NCBI RefSeq assembly: GCF_004010195.1
Contig: NC_057719.1
Location: 18,146,157 to 18,210,156 of the forward strand
Origin: Chiloscyllium plagiosum
Lineage: Eukaryota
Reading direction: 5' to 3'
DNA: 64,000 bases
Positions within the stretch are counted from its first letter, which is position 1. Every line of letters begins with the position of its first letter. The notes beneath the pieces were generated by a model, which was not told where the DNA came from, made no database searches, and saw only the letters and a list, made by a program, of their open reading frames with translations. Below are positions 11,611-23,850 of this stretch, piece after piece. A program made the position numbers and the translations under genes.

Positions 11611-13292
11611 TATATTCTATCTTTCACCGAATCCCTAAATGGAATCTAAAGCCAAGTTCCCTGTGAATTAGCCCTGACCTCTGGTTTGGTCTGGTAGCAT
11701 TGCCACTGTGTTATCATCTTTCTTGGCTGATCTTTGACAATTTATTCACTGTTTTTCTTGAGACAGGCATATTGGAGAGCAGAGAACAGAGAAAGAACAC
11801 ATATACTGTTTCAGCACCTCATAATTAAAATACTTCATATTGGTGGCAGATAAACAAAATATAAATGAGTTATATTAAAGCTTGGTCATCTGATTTTGTC
11901 TCCACATCTCACCAACATAGTTGAAAATGTTTGTATGTTAGTGTGTGTGTGTCTGTGTGTGGTCAGGGGTGCTGGGAGCACTGGGTTGTTCATTCAATAC
12001 ACAATTGTACTATCTGATGTGTTCTCTAGAAATATTATGTTGACCCTGGGAACAGGAAGACAGGGTTGTTACTGAGAACAAGCATCAGAAGATTTATTCA
12101 TAGAACAACTAAGATTTATTGGTAGAGCAACTCCATTAAAGACATTGGAATAGTTTGGACTCAAACTGGTTGACTTTCCAGTTGGATTGTAAAATATAGC
12201 TGTAGCTATTCAAGATGGAGCGGATCCCTTTATGCCAGAATATCACATGATATGATGTCATTACTTAACCTTCATAAAGATGCACACTTACATTATCATA
12301 ATTGTATGCAATATCACAATAAACTCTCTTTTTTTTCCCATTAATTTATGGGTCACCTTTGGACCCATGGTGAAGAGTCACTGAAATAATTACACAGTGA
12401 TATCACCAAGTTTCATCCCACCATTAGACTTACCATGGACTACTTTTCAGAATCAGTCTCATTCTTGGACACATGCATCTCCACTAAGGACAGGCATCTC
12501 GGGACCTCATGCTACTAGAAGCCCACGGATAACCTCGGGATGCTGCACTCCTCTAGCTTCCACCCTAAACATACTAAAAAAGCCATCCCCAATGGGCAAC
12601 CATACACATACACAGGATCTGTTCGGATGAGGAGACACGTGATGGACATCTGAAGGTGTTGAAGGTCGCCGTCGTAAGAACAGGGTATGATGCTCAACTC
12701 ATTGATTGCCAGTTCTGTGTGCCATAGCGAAAAACTGTCATGACCTCCTCAGGAGACAGACACAGGATACGACCGTGTATTCCGTCCAGTAATTCCCAGA
12801 AGCAGAGAAACTACACCATGTTCATCACAGCCTGCACCACATTAACAATGAGGATGAGCACCTCATCAAGATCTTCCCTATGTCTCTCCTTCTCGCCTTT
12901 AAACAACTACCAAACCCTAAATAGACCACTGTTTGCAGCAAACTGCCCAGCATTCAGGACAACATCGACCACAACACCATACAACCCTGTCATGGCAATC
13001 ACTGCAAGACGTGTCAGAGGTCAACATTGCACGTAGGGACATGGCCCACCACGTGCACAGCAGGTAGTCATGTGACTTGGCCTACATTATCTATCTCAGA
13101 CGCCACAGGCAAGGATGCCCCGAGGCATGGTACATTGGCGAGACCAAGCAGATGCTATGACAACGGATGAATGGACACCACACAACAATCTCCAGACAGG
13201 GAGAATGCTCCCAGTGGGGAGCATTCAGTGGTCAAGGACATTTGGCTTCAGATCTTCAGGTGAACGTCCTCCAAGGTGGATTCCGGGATACA

Positions 13293-13605
13293 CTCAGTGG
13301 TTAGCACTGCTATCTCACAGCACCAAGATCCCAGGCTCGATTCCGGCCTCGGGCGACTGTCTGTGAGGAGTTTGCACATTCTCCCCATGCCTGCGTGGGT
13401 TTCCTCCGGGTGCTCCAGTTTCCTCCCACAATCCAAAGATGTGCATAGGTCAGGTGAATTGGCCATGCTAAATTGCCCATAGTGTTAGGTGCATTAGTCA
13501 GAGGGAAATGGGTCTGGGTGGGTTACTCATCGGAGGGTCAGTGTGGATTGGTTGGGCCAAAGGGCTGTTTCCACACTGTAGGGAATCTAATCTATTCTAA
13601 TCTAA
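13293..13605 (+). mobile_element. HE1 SINE (V-SINE), slightly 5'-truncated
   Basis: tRNA-like head, V domain GGAGTTTGCACATTCTCCCC...TTTCCTCCCACA, (TCTAA)n tail. Confidence 0.93.
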
Positions 13606-14311
13606 TACATAACAACACGGAATCACTGAGCAGAGGCTGATAGCCAATTTCGATACTCATGAGGAGGGCCTCAACTGGATCTTGGGGTCATGTCACACTA
13701 CAGGTGACTCCACTACACTATACACTGTCATATACACACAGTAACACACAGTAACACGCGTTCACAAACAAGCACACATACACACTCACACTTATACAGA
13801 GCCTCTCTTATACCCACGCTGTCTCTCATACACACACTCATACTCACATGCGTACACTCCATCAAACTCATCCACATACTCTATTAAGCATACACACACA
13901 CAGTGAATTTGCATTTCCAGATTTTCATTTGCAGATACATTCTATTTTGTTCAAAAAGCACACAATATGTAGGAGGTCAGTCAACGTGAAATGTTATAAA
14001 TCCCTACTTTGGAAATAGAACCAGTCTAACTCAAGGTTGGAAAACAGACAGACTCTAACCTCACACCTTTAATGCATTGTCTGATCAGAGAGCTCACCTT
14101 TTTTATCCACTGATGAAACTTTAAGTTATCTTGGGTCTGTGATGTGAAAGAAATTCTGGGATTTACATATTAATCAATTGAAACTTGCATCCCCATTCTA
14201 AATGATTAAAGAATTAACACCATCTTGGTTTGTCTAATATATCACATCAGTTGTATGACAATTTGATCTTTTACTTATAAATGCTGTGTCCTATGGACCT
14301 GCCCCATTTGC

Positions 14312-14346
14312 TACCTGACGAAGGAGCAATGCTCTGAAAGCTTGTG
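14312..14346 (+). ncRNA. Minimal hammerhead ribozyme motif (PLE family B)
   Basis: TAC-CTGACGA-A-GGAGC AAT GCTCT-GAAA-GCTT-GTG. Confidence 0.6.
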
Positions 14347-14359
14347 GACTATAATCTGG

Positions 14360-14645
14360 GGGTGGCATGGTGGCTCAGTGGTTAGCACTGCTGCCTTATA
14401 GAGTCAGGGACCCAGGCTCGATTCCAGCCTTAGGTGACTGTCTGTGTGGAGTTTGCACATTCTCCCCAAGGGTTTGCTCCGGTTTCCTCCCAAGATGTGC
14501 AAGTTAGGTGAATTGGCCATGTTAAATTGCCCATAGTGTTATGTGCATTAGTCAGAGGGGAAATAGATCTGGGTGGGCTACTCTTCAGAGGGTCGGTGTG
14601 GACGTTTTGGCTGAAGGGCCTGTTTCCACACTGTAGGGAATCTAA
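14360..14645 (+). mobile_element. HE1 SINE
   Basis: Full head GGGTGGCATGGTGGCTCAGTGG; flanked by TAATCTGG/TAACCTGG. Confidence 0.92.
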
Positions 14646-14744
14646 CCTGGTGTTGTGCGGTTTTTAACTTAATGGCGTAAGAACTATAACATTCAATCTA
14701 TATGCAACAAGGCCCACGAACAGCAATGAGGTAAATAATACAAT

Positions 14745-16400
14745 AGCACCATTAAAGAGCAGAAGGTAGGTCATTTGGACCATTGATTCTGTTACTTCAT
14801 TTATTGAAGTCAAGGCTGATCTAACAATGCTCAAATCCACTTTCCTGCTTTTTCCCCATAATTGTCTTCCACTTGCTGATTTAAACTCTGTCCTTCTCAG
14901 TCTTGAATTCACTTAATGATCCAATGCCAACCTCTTTCCATGATAAAGAATTCCACAGATTCACTGCCATTTGAGAGAAGAAATTCCTCTCATTTTTACC
15001 TGAAATTGAAGAGTCCTTACACTAACGTTATGCCCCCTGGTCAAGGGGAAACAACTTCTCTGAATCTACAATGTTAACCACCAGCTCCTAATGATCTTGT
15101 TTGTTTCAATAGAATTAGAATTAGACATTGATTTTATTGTCACATGTACTTAAGTACAGGGGTATAGGAGTACAGTGAAAAGTTTACAAAGTTGTCATTC
15201 CAGGCATCATTTGAGATACAAGGTAGAAGAATAAAGAAATAAAGTTAAAAGTTCAGCATTACAGTCCTTCTTTAGCTGTTTGCCAGCAGGCACTCCACAC
15301 TGTGCTTTCCCCATGATGGCTCACTCTCTCTCTCTCTCTCTCTCTCTCTGCACTGGGATTGATCTCCTCCGTGCTGCCGTCTCACCACTAGAGTCCGCCA
15401 GGGTTCGCCAGCTGCCAACCACCCTCCCAGCTGACCAGCCACCTTGCCAGCGACTGCCCCGGACCCAGTAATGCCAGAATGCCGCCAAGTGCCAGAGACC
15501 CGGGTGGCTCACCAGGCGCCTTGTCACCAAAAGCCAAATTCCTCCTCCGGCCACAGCATTTGCCAGACTCCGGACTCCGATGCCATCACCTCCACAACCG
15601 AGCTCTCTTCAGAAGGTAAGTAAGAGAAAGCTTAAAAAAAACTCAAAAAAACTAAAAAAAAAAATTGTGAAGCAAAAAGAAAAAAGAAGAAAACAAAGAA
15701 AAACAGACAAAGTGGATAAGGCCCAGGCTCAGAGCTTGAATGCTGCCTGCTCTGCTGCTGATGAATGAAGCAGAAGGAATAAAGTCACCTCTCCCTCTTC
15801 CCCATTTCAATGCAGACAAGCACAACCAACTCAACTCTCCCGCGTAAGAAACTCGCTCCGTACCTGGAACTAACCTCGTGAAACTTCTCTGCACTGTCTC
15901 CGATGCCAGCATATCTTTCCTCAAATAACAGGATCAGAACATTCACTGCATCCCAGCTGTGTTCTGGCTAGTGGCTTATATAGTTTTAACACCTCCTTAT
16001 TTTTATACTCCATTCTCTTTGAAATAAAGGCCAACATTCCATTTGCCTTCCTTGTTACCTGCTGAACTTAAATGCTAGCTTTTTGTGACTCATGCACAAG
16101 ATTCCCAAATGCCTCTGTGCTGCAGCATTCTACATTTTTCCTCCAATTGGATAATATTCAGCTCTCCTATTCTAAATGCCAAAGTGTGTAACCTGCATTT
16201 TTTACATTATACTGTACCATATTCAATCTGTCTAGATCCCTTTGTGTCATCCTGACTACTTGCTTTCCTACTTATTTTGTGTCATCTGCAATTTGGCGAC
16301 GCTATATTCACATTTGTCATCCAAATCATTTATATTTTGATATTGTAACTAGCTGTGGCCCCAACATTAATCCTTGTGGCACTCCAAAACCTATTGTTTG
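14745..16400 (-). mobile_element. Old CR1 LINE 3' part, interrupted at 15112-15777
   Basis: RKDMLASETVQRSFTRLVPG.ERVSY..ELSWL; host reads TTTCAATA|AAGTCACCTCTC across the insert. Confidence 0.8.
15112..15777 (-). mobile_element. Non-autonomous retroelement with Rex1/Babar-like 3' tail
   Basis: Minus-strand end TTTCACTGTACTCC...GTACATGTGACAATAAAATC...(TTCTAA)n; GC-rich body, (GA)n and T-rich tract; no RT ORF. Confidence 0.5.
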
Positions 16401-17489
16401 TCAAATTACAGATTGGTTGCATTTGGCCATTTGGCCCATCGTATCTTTGCCAATTCTCCAAAGAAAAGTTCATCATATGGCACCCTCCCAATTTCTCTCT
16501 GTAGCCCAGTACAATCTCTCATCTCAGATTATAATACAACTGAATAATGTTGATTGAAGTGCAATTATTGGGTACAACACTGGGAGACCGCTCCTGCTTT
16601 TTATTGAATAGTGTACATGAAATATATACATGAGATCTTAACAATGGGTGCGAAGATGTTTTATTAAGCAATACCCATATCCGTTGCCCTAATGAGTACA
16701 AAGTTTCTACTATTTTTATGAAGAGGGACAAAGAGAATTCAAAAGACAAGGAAGGAATAAGATGAATAATAAGGGAGTAATGGGAATATTGACAGATATC
16801 TGGTTTCTGCTGACACCAACACAGTAACCATAGGTTTTATGTGAAAAAATTCAAAAGGAACATTGCACATATCATTCTTATCATCACAGGTGTTTTGAAT
16901 TACCGATAAAACCTTAATTTAAATGGAGGCAACCTTCTGCAATAAATAAGGGGAATTCTTTAACATTGCTTTCCTTATGTCCCCAGTCCTTGCCATCCCA
17001 TCACAATAAGTAGATCCATTTTATTAAATGAAACCATGGACATTTATTTATGGAGACTGGGATTATCTTAATGGCAATGATGTGTAAGGTTAAATTGCTT
17101 AATAATTTATTAGCAAACTTTTTAGGATATGACAGGACTTTCCACTTCTTCTCTGTTATGCTGAGATACTGCGTAGTTGATGGACCTTGCCCACTCAAAT
17201 CAGCTTGAAGCATTTCATGACGTAATTGTGAAGTTATAGTTCATGAAAGCCTTGACATATTTGGAACATTCAGAATCAAAGTGGAACTTCAGGGTACAAA
17301 TTATTATTTCATCGCTCCACCACTGATGATCAGTTGTCTAGGTTCTGAGCTCTGGAATTACCTCACTACACCTCACCATGTCTTTTTCTTTCTCGAAGAT
17401 GGTGTTTAAATATCTTCCTCTTTCACCAAGAGTGGCCATCTACCTTAATATCATCTTTTGTGGCTCTTGTCAAATATAAATTTACTTCA

Positions 17490-18190
17490 TTGTACACAAA
17501 GAGCTATTAGTATGCATGTCCACAGGTTCTTGAAGGTAGCCAGACGGATAGACAAAGTGGCTCAGAAGGCACATAGAATACTTGCCTTTATTCGTCAAAG
17601 CTTTGAATACAATTGGGATGGAGAGCTATATATAATATGTTAGTTAGGTCACAGCTTGAGTATGGTATGCAGTTCTGGTCACTATAGGAAAGATCGCACC
17701 AAAGAGGGTGCAGAGAAGATTCCCTGGGGAGTTACCTGATTTGGAGCGATTCAGCTATGAAGAGAGATTAGGTTGGCTGGAATTCATTTTCTTAGAGTAG
17801 AGAAGGCCGAGCGAGCATGTGATTGAGTCATACAAAGTTCTAAGGGGTGTAGATAGAGTAGATAGAAAGAAATGTTTCCCCTTAGCAGATGCAACAGTAA
17901 TTAGGGGGCTACAGTTTTAAGGTAAGGAGCAAAAGGTTTAGAGGGGATAAGAGCAAGCATTTTTTTCACCCAGAAGGTTCTGAGTATCTAGAACTCACTG
18001 CCTAATTGGGTGGTTGAGGCAGGAGGCCTCAAGACATTTAAGAACTGTTTAGAATAGCACCTAAAATGCCATAGCACACAAAGTAACAGGCTAAGTGCTG
18101 GAAGCTGGGATTAGAATAGATGGGTGATTGATTATTGGTGAGGGCACTGGGCTGATGGACCTCCTTTTGTGATCATTGACAAACTCTCTG
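17490..18190 (+). mobile_element. CR1 LINE 3' fragment inserted into an L2-type 3' end (17300-17485 and 18190-18255)
   Basis: HVHRFLKVARRIDKVAQKAHRILAFI; GCAGTTCTGGTCAC...TTTTTCACCCAGA. Confidence 0.8.
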
Positions 18191-18419
18191 ACTCACTTTA
18201 TGTTCCTGTGAAACACTTGGGATATTTGTGAGCATTAGAGTCATTATGCATACAATTTAGAACAGAGAATTTCTAGGTTCATTTCAATATTTCCTTTTTA
18301 TGAACTTCATAGAAAACAACATTGAAAAAATAAATGATAAAATATTAATTTGCAGATTTTGCATTGTTGTTTGCTGAATCTTACTAAAGGAAACCTGTCA
18401 CAATGTTTGCCTACGTGAC

Positions 18420-18930
18420 CATAAAGTCATTAAGAAATAGGAACAGGAGTAGGCCATTTGGGCTCTTGAGCCGCCATTCAATAGGATCATGGCTGATCCA
18501 ATACTCCTCACTTTAACTTTCCTGTGTTTTCCCCACAACCATTGATTTCCCAATGAATCAAACATCTATCTGTCTCAGCCTTGTACACAAGACATTGTCC
18601 CATTCTCTGTAGAAAGGATTTTCCAAAGACTTTCTGAAAGTAGAAATTCTTCCTCATTAAATTGGCACCCCTTTATACTGAGACTATGCTCACTGGTCCT
18701 GAACTGTCCCAGTCGGGGAAACATCCTCTCAGCATTTAACCTATCAAGCCCCTTTAGAATCCCATGTATTTCAACAAGATCACCTCTCATTCTTCTAAAA
18801 CTCCAGTGAGTAGAGTCCCAACCTGTTTAACCTTTGCTTTTCAGGCAATCCTCCATACCAGGGATTTTCCTAGTGCAGCTTCTTTAAACTACCTCCCATG
18901 AAATAATGTCTTACCTTCAGTAATGACCAA
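18420..18930 (-). mobile_element. CR1 LINE 3' fragment
   Basis: MRGDLVEIHGILKGLDRLNAERMFP. Confidence 0.85.
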
Positions 18931-19885
18931 GCTGTCGTTTCATTTCAAGGCATTTAAAATGTGTGCAACTCCTTTAGGGATGTGGCTATTTTGTGGAGTT
19001 CAAGAAACTGTGGTAACAGTCCCAGTCTGAATGTCTCAGGAAAAATAAGGGGAGAAGATGAAAGCAATGGAGAGAACAGAGATATGGGAAATAAGTAATT
19101 GATTAGAAAATTTACTCGTTATCAAAATTTGTTGGCTGTGATCCTGGCAGTTTTGTTAAGAGCGTGCCCATCAGAGTCCTTTCATATTAATTCTGACAGA
19201 GACAGCAGGGTTACTGAGAGGGCATCTTCTTTCCTGTTCCACTACAATGCAGTTTCAAATTTGACACGTGTATAGGTGGGGTGTGCTCCCATACCCTCAG
19301 AGCAATCCTTTCCAGGACTCTTACCAAAGAAGATGAGACCACATTTTTGAAGCTCTAACATCTGTCAGAAGTTGCTCTCTTTCCCCGAGCCAGGACAGAA
19401 TTATGAATGACATCTTCTCATTTACGAAGAGCAAGTTCATCTCATCTTATCCTGAGTGCCAGTATCTAGTCATTTCTTGTCCCATAAACGACTGGGAAGT
19501 AGGAATTCTAAATGCAGACAGTCTGCAGTTTCTGGCACTATATACAGGGCTTCATATGAGGTGGGCAGCACGTTATCATTCTGAGTGGGCTAAGTGGGGG
19601 ATCAAAGTTTCTTTTAAGCTATTCATTCAAATTTCTGCTGAATGTTTGAGAAGTGCTGGTCAGAGTGGCCAAAGTCCCATGTTAGCTCCGAGTAAAGGTA
19701 AAATAAATAGTTAGTGCTTCTTTATAGATGCTGAGCACATTTAAAAATGATATATTTTTAACCTGCAGCAAAATACATCTGGTCAAGAGATGTCTTAATG
19801 GAACTAGGGATGCGGTACATGTTGGTGCTTTTGTTTGTGTTGAAATGCAGACATTTTAGTGTGAGCATATGGCAGGACAGTGTTA

Positions 19886-19887
<2 letters not shown>

Positions 19888-19919
<32 letters not shown>
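19888..19919. repeat. (GT)n microsatellite running into the gap
   Basis: Direct inspection. Confidence 0.97.
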
Positions 19920-19980
19920 NNNNNNNNNNNNNNNNNNNNNNNNNNNNNNNNNNNNNNNNNNNNNNNNNNNNNNNNNNNNN
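19920..19980. other. Assembly gap (61 N)
   Basis: Run of n. Confidence 0.99.
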
Positions 19981-21675
19981 TGACAGGTCAAATGGGCTGC
20001 ACAAACGCAGATATTTTCCCATGACCATTCTAATCATAATTTGTACCTGTTCCTGAAGTTGCGAGTCTGATCCAAAAGTCAACTGTCATTTTCTTCTTCA
20101 GAGATGAAGCCACCTGTCCAGCAGCCTCAGTTTGTGTATCATAAACTCAATGACCTTTGTAAGATAAATAAGATAAGTAATTTTGGAATCTCTAATTAAA
20201 AGGGAACTGCACCTCTGGCTCACTCATAACATAGTTAGCCCAAGGTAATACTTATAATCTCTATTTGTAATGTAAAAACTGCAAGTCTTTTATAAAGTGC
20301 AAAAAGGGTTAAAAGCATTTTATTTCATGGTGATTTCTGATCTGTTTTTAGTCTTATGTCCCAAGGTTCTAATAAAAAAAGGAAAGTAAAATGAATTAGA
20401 CCCCTGGAAAGGATAAGATGATAATATCTCTTCAAAACCTGTCTCTTTCAAAAGAATTGTCCCACGTAGCCTTGACAAGACTACCTGCAGGTAAAATCTT
20501 TCCAAAAATACCTGTCCGCTTCGGAAACCCGATCGGCTATTATCACACAGCCAAACAATCCATCATTTGTTCATCAACAGGGACAATGAAAGAAGCTGGA
20601 ATAAATTAAATATAGACATGAAAATAAGATCTTGACTGACTAAATTCATTGAAATGCAGACTCGTTGCATTGGCTGTTACTATGGGACAGCCAGCAGACA
20701 TGGTCACCTCATTAAAGACCACACCCAGACCTGGGGCAAAAGAGGAGGCAAGTTTGATTGATTATAATATTTTATATGCATTTATTAGCTGCAGCTGCTG
20801 TCAAGCAAGACCTGGCAGGTATTTCCACACAAGCAGCATTCTCTGCTCATATACAGTCCACAACATGCCTTATGGGCTTTGAACTGACTTACATCTGAAA
20901 TTTTAGATACTTACTGTGGAAATTCTCTTTTAAAACACAGTGTCCCTTTTGTTGGACAACATTTTTTCTCTGAGCATTTTTTGAAAAAAAGTATCAGGAT
21001 GGAATCTCAATAAAACTCTTCCCTTCCGTTCCCTCCCCACCTTCTCACTTCTGTTTGACAACCCTCCAGGATTGTTTAGGGGGCTCCAGGAATCAAGTAT
21101 TAATCATTTGCTCTGTGAGCAACTCAAGAGGAAACTTGTGGAGGTTCACGAAGGGAATTCCTGTTCTTTCCATCAAACATTGGTTTTCATTGAAGACGGA
21201 AATAAAGACAGTTTGACTGGGTGGCAGAACTGCTGATGCAAGGTCATGTAATTAAACGTCCAGGAAAATGTCTAATCAAAATTGGCACCTTATCCCGACC
21301 TCCAGCAGAGGAATCTCTCATACAGTCTTAACATGTGAGCTAATACTGAACCTTACAGGTGGTTCTGCTTTGTATTTGTGTCACTCTATAGTTTTGTAAT
21401 GATTCAAAGCTTATGGGATAGGTAAACTCAGTGATTGATATGGATTGACCTTGGGCAGTGGAGGCTCACCCTGGTTGGCAGCAGTCCTCAGTTACGTTGG
21501 GAGTGAGCGGATAGCTTTCAGTGTGGGGATCCTGGTGCAGTAAATTGAGGGCAGCCTCCAATAACCATCCATGGTCTTGGAAACGGTCAGGCAGCCGCTC
21601 AAGGCGATCTGAATCAGGATCCTCTCTGTATAAAGAGTGAGGTGAGGTGCCAAATGTTAAGCTTGACTCTTCCTT

Positions 21676-21772
21676 CATCTCATATTCCTGTTGAAGGGCT
21701 TATGCCCAAAACGTTGATTCTCCTGCTCCTTGGGTGCTGCCTGACCTGCTGTGCTTTTCCATGCCACACGTT
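21676..21772 (+). mobile_element. PLE family A mini-insertion with 13-bp TSD
   Basis: TTGACTCTTCCTT at 21663-21675 and 21773-21785. Confidence 0.8.
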
Positions 21773-22094
21773 TTGACTCTTCCTTGATCATCTTGACTCT
21801 TTCTGTCCTCCAAGGGGCTGTTTCCTTCATGGCATGAGAGAGAGATTGGTATTGATGGAATTGAAAATGGGTGGCACAGCTTTTACTTTTGGTGCATGTG
21901 AGGAGGTGGCCAGTAGGCAGTTCAGAGGACATACAGAGTTAATAGTGTAGGCGATTGGGGTGGTTCAGAGTGATTACAGGGGGATGTTATGCACAACGAT
22001 ATCATGAGCTTTGGTGGGAGGTGGATACGTTAGCAGAGATATAGTGAAAGTGAGATAGTGGGGAAGATTGGGAGAATTGTGCTACCAGATTGGA

Positions 22095-22250
22095 GAGAGT
22101 CATTGACCTGCTTCCCTAATGCTGAGCATTCCTCCAGAAGGCTGAGACTGCACTGAGCTGTGTGGAAGCCTCAGACCAGGTTGGCATGATGTAATGCCAT
22201 GGCCTCCTTTGCTCATCTTGGGAGAAGAGGATGCCCTGTCCCACGGCGGG
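22095..22250 (-). pseudogene. Decayed Myb/SANT-like (trihelix) coding remnant, probably from a Harbinger-type DNA transposon
   Basis: GILFSQDEQRRPWHYIMPTWSEASTQLSAVSAFWRNAQ, then frameshifted KQVND, resembling ILF...W.E.A..VSAVS...R...QCRKKVNDL. Confidence 0.55.
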
Positions 22251-22671
22251 GCACCAAATCCTCCTGATCTTCTACATCCAGGGAAGATACCAGGAACTGG
22301 GCAGGACAGCTGTAGACTAGGGCTTGTCTGAGTGTACATTGGCCTTTTAAAAGTGGCACAATGGGGTGCCAGGGATGTCAGTCAACCCTGGGACATCCTA
22401 GAAGTGGCATGTTGTTCTGGGAATGGCACATGATAAGATGGTGTTAGAATCAGTTGAGGTGGGTCTGCAGGGGTAAGGTGGACAGTAAGTGAGGCAAGCT
22501 TGGTAAGATGTGGTGAGAAAACTCACTTGTGGTTAAAAAAACCCCAAAACGCTGATACAACTGGCACTTAGCCAAGCAACATTAGGATTCAGACCATAGA
22601 ATATTGTGTATATTTCTGGTGTCTACATTAGTGAAAGAATTTGGCATCACTGATGCTGGTGAAGTAAAGAA

Positions 22672-23006
22672 GAACCAGGGTCTCTGGCGCTGTGAGGCAC
22701 AGTGGTTAGTACTGCTGCCTCACAGCGCCAGAGACCCGGGTTCAATTCCTGCCTCGGGCAACTGTCTGTGTGGAGTTTGCACATTTTCCCTGTGTCTGTG
22801 TGGGTTTCCTCCGGGTGCTCCGGTTTCCTCCCACAGTCCAAAAATGTGCAGGTTAGGTGAATTGGCCACGCTAAATTGCCCACAGTGTTAGGTGAAAGGG
22901 TAAATGTAGAGGAATGGGTCTGGGTGGGTTGCTCTTCGGCGGGTCGGTGTAGGCTTGTTGGGCCGAAGGGCCTGTTTCCAGTTGTAAGTAATCTAATCTA
23001 ATCTAA
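22672..23006 (+). mobile_element. HE1 SINE with an inverted 28-bp duplication at its 5' end
   Basis: 22672-22699 is the reverse complement of 22716-22743 (1 mismatch); V domain and (TAATC)n tail. Confidence 0.92.
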
Positions 23007-23264
23007 ACTGATGAGGAGTCTAGAACTAGACTACAATATCAAACATAGATTTGACCATTTAAGACTAAAATGAGGAGAAACTTTTCACTCTTTTTCACTC
23101 TATCTTTAGAAATCTCTATCCTGGATTTCACTCATCCACTCTATTTGACATTGATAATGTGTATTAATACAGGAATTAAGGGACAGAGAGAAGAAGGTGG
23201 GGTTGAGATGCAAGATTAGCCATGATCAGAAGCTGAACCGGACTAATCATATAAACTGTGGCTA

Positions 23265-23850
23265 ACAGCAAGTCAGAGGCTGGACATTTTGGGAGTAACA
23301 AGCTTCCTGACTCCTCAAAACCTGTTCATCATCTAAAAGATACAAGGGTAGAGTGTGATAGAACACAGTCCTAATGGGTACAGCTGCAATAGAGCTCAAG
23401 AAATACAACAATATTCAAAACAAAGCAGCCCACTTAATAGGTACCACATCCACAAATATCTACTCCCTCCATCATTGATACATAGTGGCAGCAGGGTGTA
23501 TCATCCACCTCATACACTGCAGTAGCAGACCAGTAGCTCTTTTCATGGCAAACCCATATCTTCTATCAACCAAGAAGGACAAGTGCATTTGATACACGGT
23601 AGCATCACCATCTGCAAGTTGCCCCCCCAAGCCACACACCATCCTGACTTGGAACTATATTGCTAATGCTTTGCTGTCACTGGATCGAATTCTTGAGACA
23701 CCTGTTCCCAACAGCGTTTTGGATGTACCAAAATGGTCTGCAGCATTTCAAACATAAAACTGACCACCACATTCTCAAAGGCAATTAGTGGTAAACAATA
23801 AGCCGTGTCCTAACCAGTGATGCCCACATCCTAAGACGAAATAAAAACAA
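23265..23850 (+). mobile_element. Second-family CR1/L2-group LINE 3' end nested in an old CR1 tail
   Basis: GTCAGAGGCTGGAC...ACCACCACATTCTCAAAGGCAATTAG...GATGCCCACATCC; host CR1 3'UTR resumes near 23853. Confidence 0.7.

Larger units (their letters stand above)
12355..14670 (+). mobile_element. Penelope-like element (family B): RT C-terminus, GIY-YIG, CA-rich 3' region and hammerhead; split by two HE1 SINEs
   Basis: WTHGEESLK*LHSDITKFHPTIRLTMDY.SESVSFLDT; WYIGETKQML*QRMNGH; EGLN; terminus homologous to 41190-41313. Confidence 0.88.

Noticed and set aside
13293-13360. tRNA-like A/B boxes (also 14360, 22700, 29650, 49028)
   Set aside because: SINE heads continuing into V-domain or core sequence, not tRNA genes.
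15580-15768. Lys-rich ORF resembling an NLS protein
   Set aside because: Translation of an A-rich tract inside a repeat.
19758-20082. ORFs with TH/CV repeats
   Set aside because: Artefacts of the (GT)n tract plus N gap.
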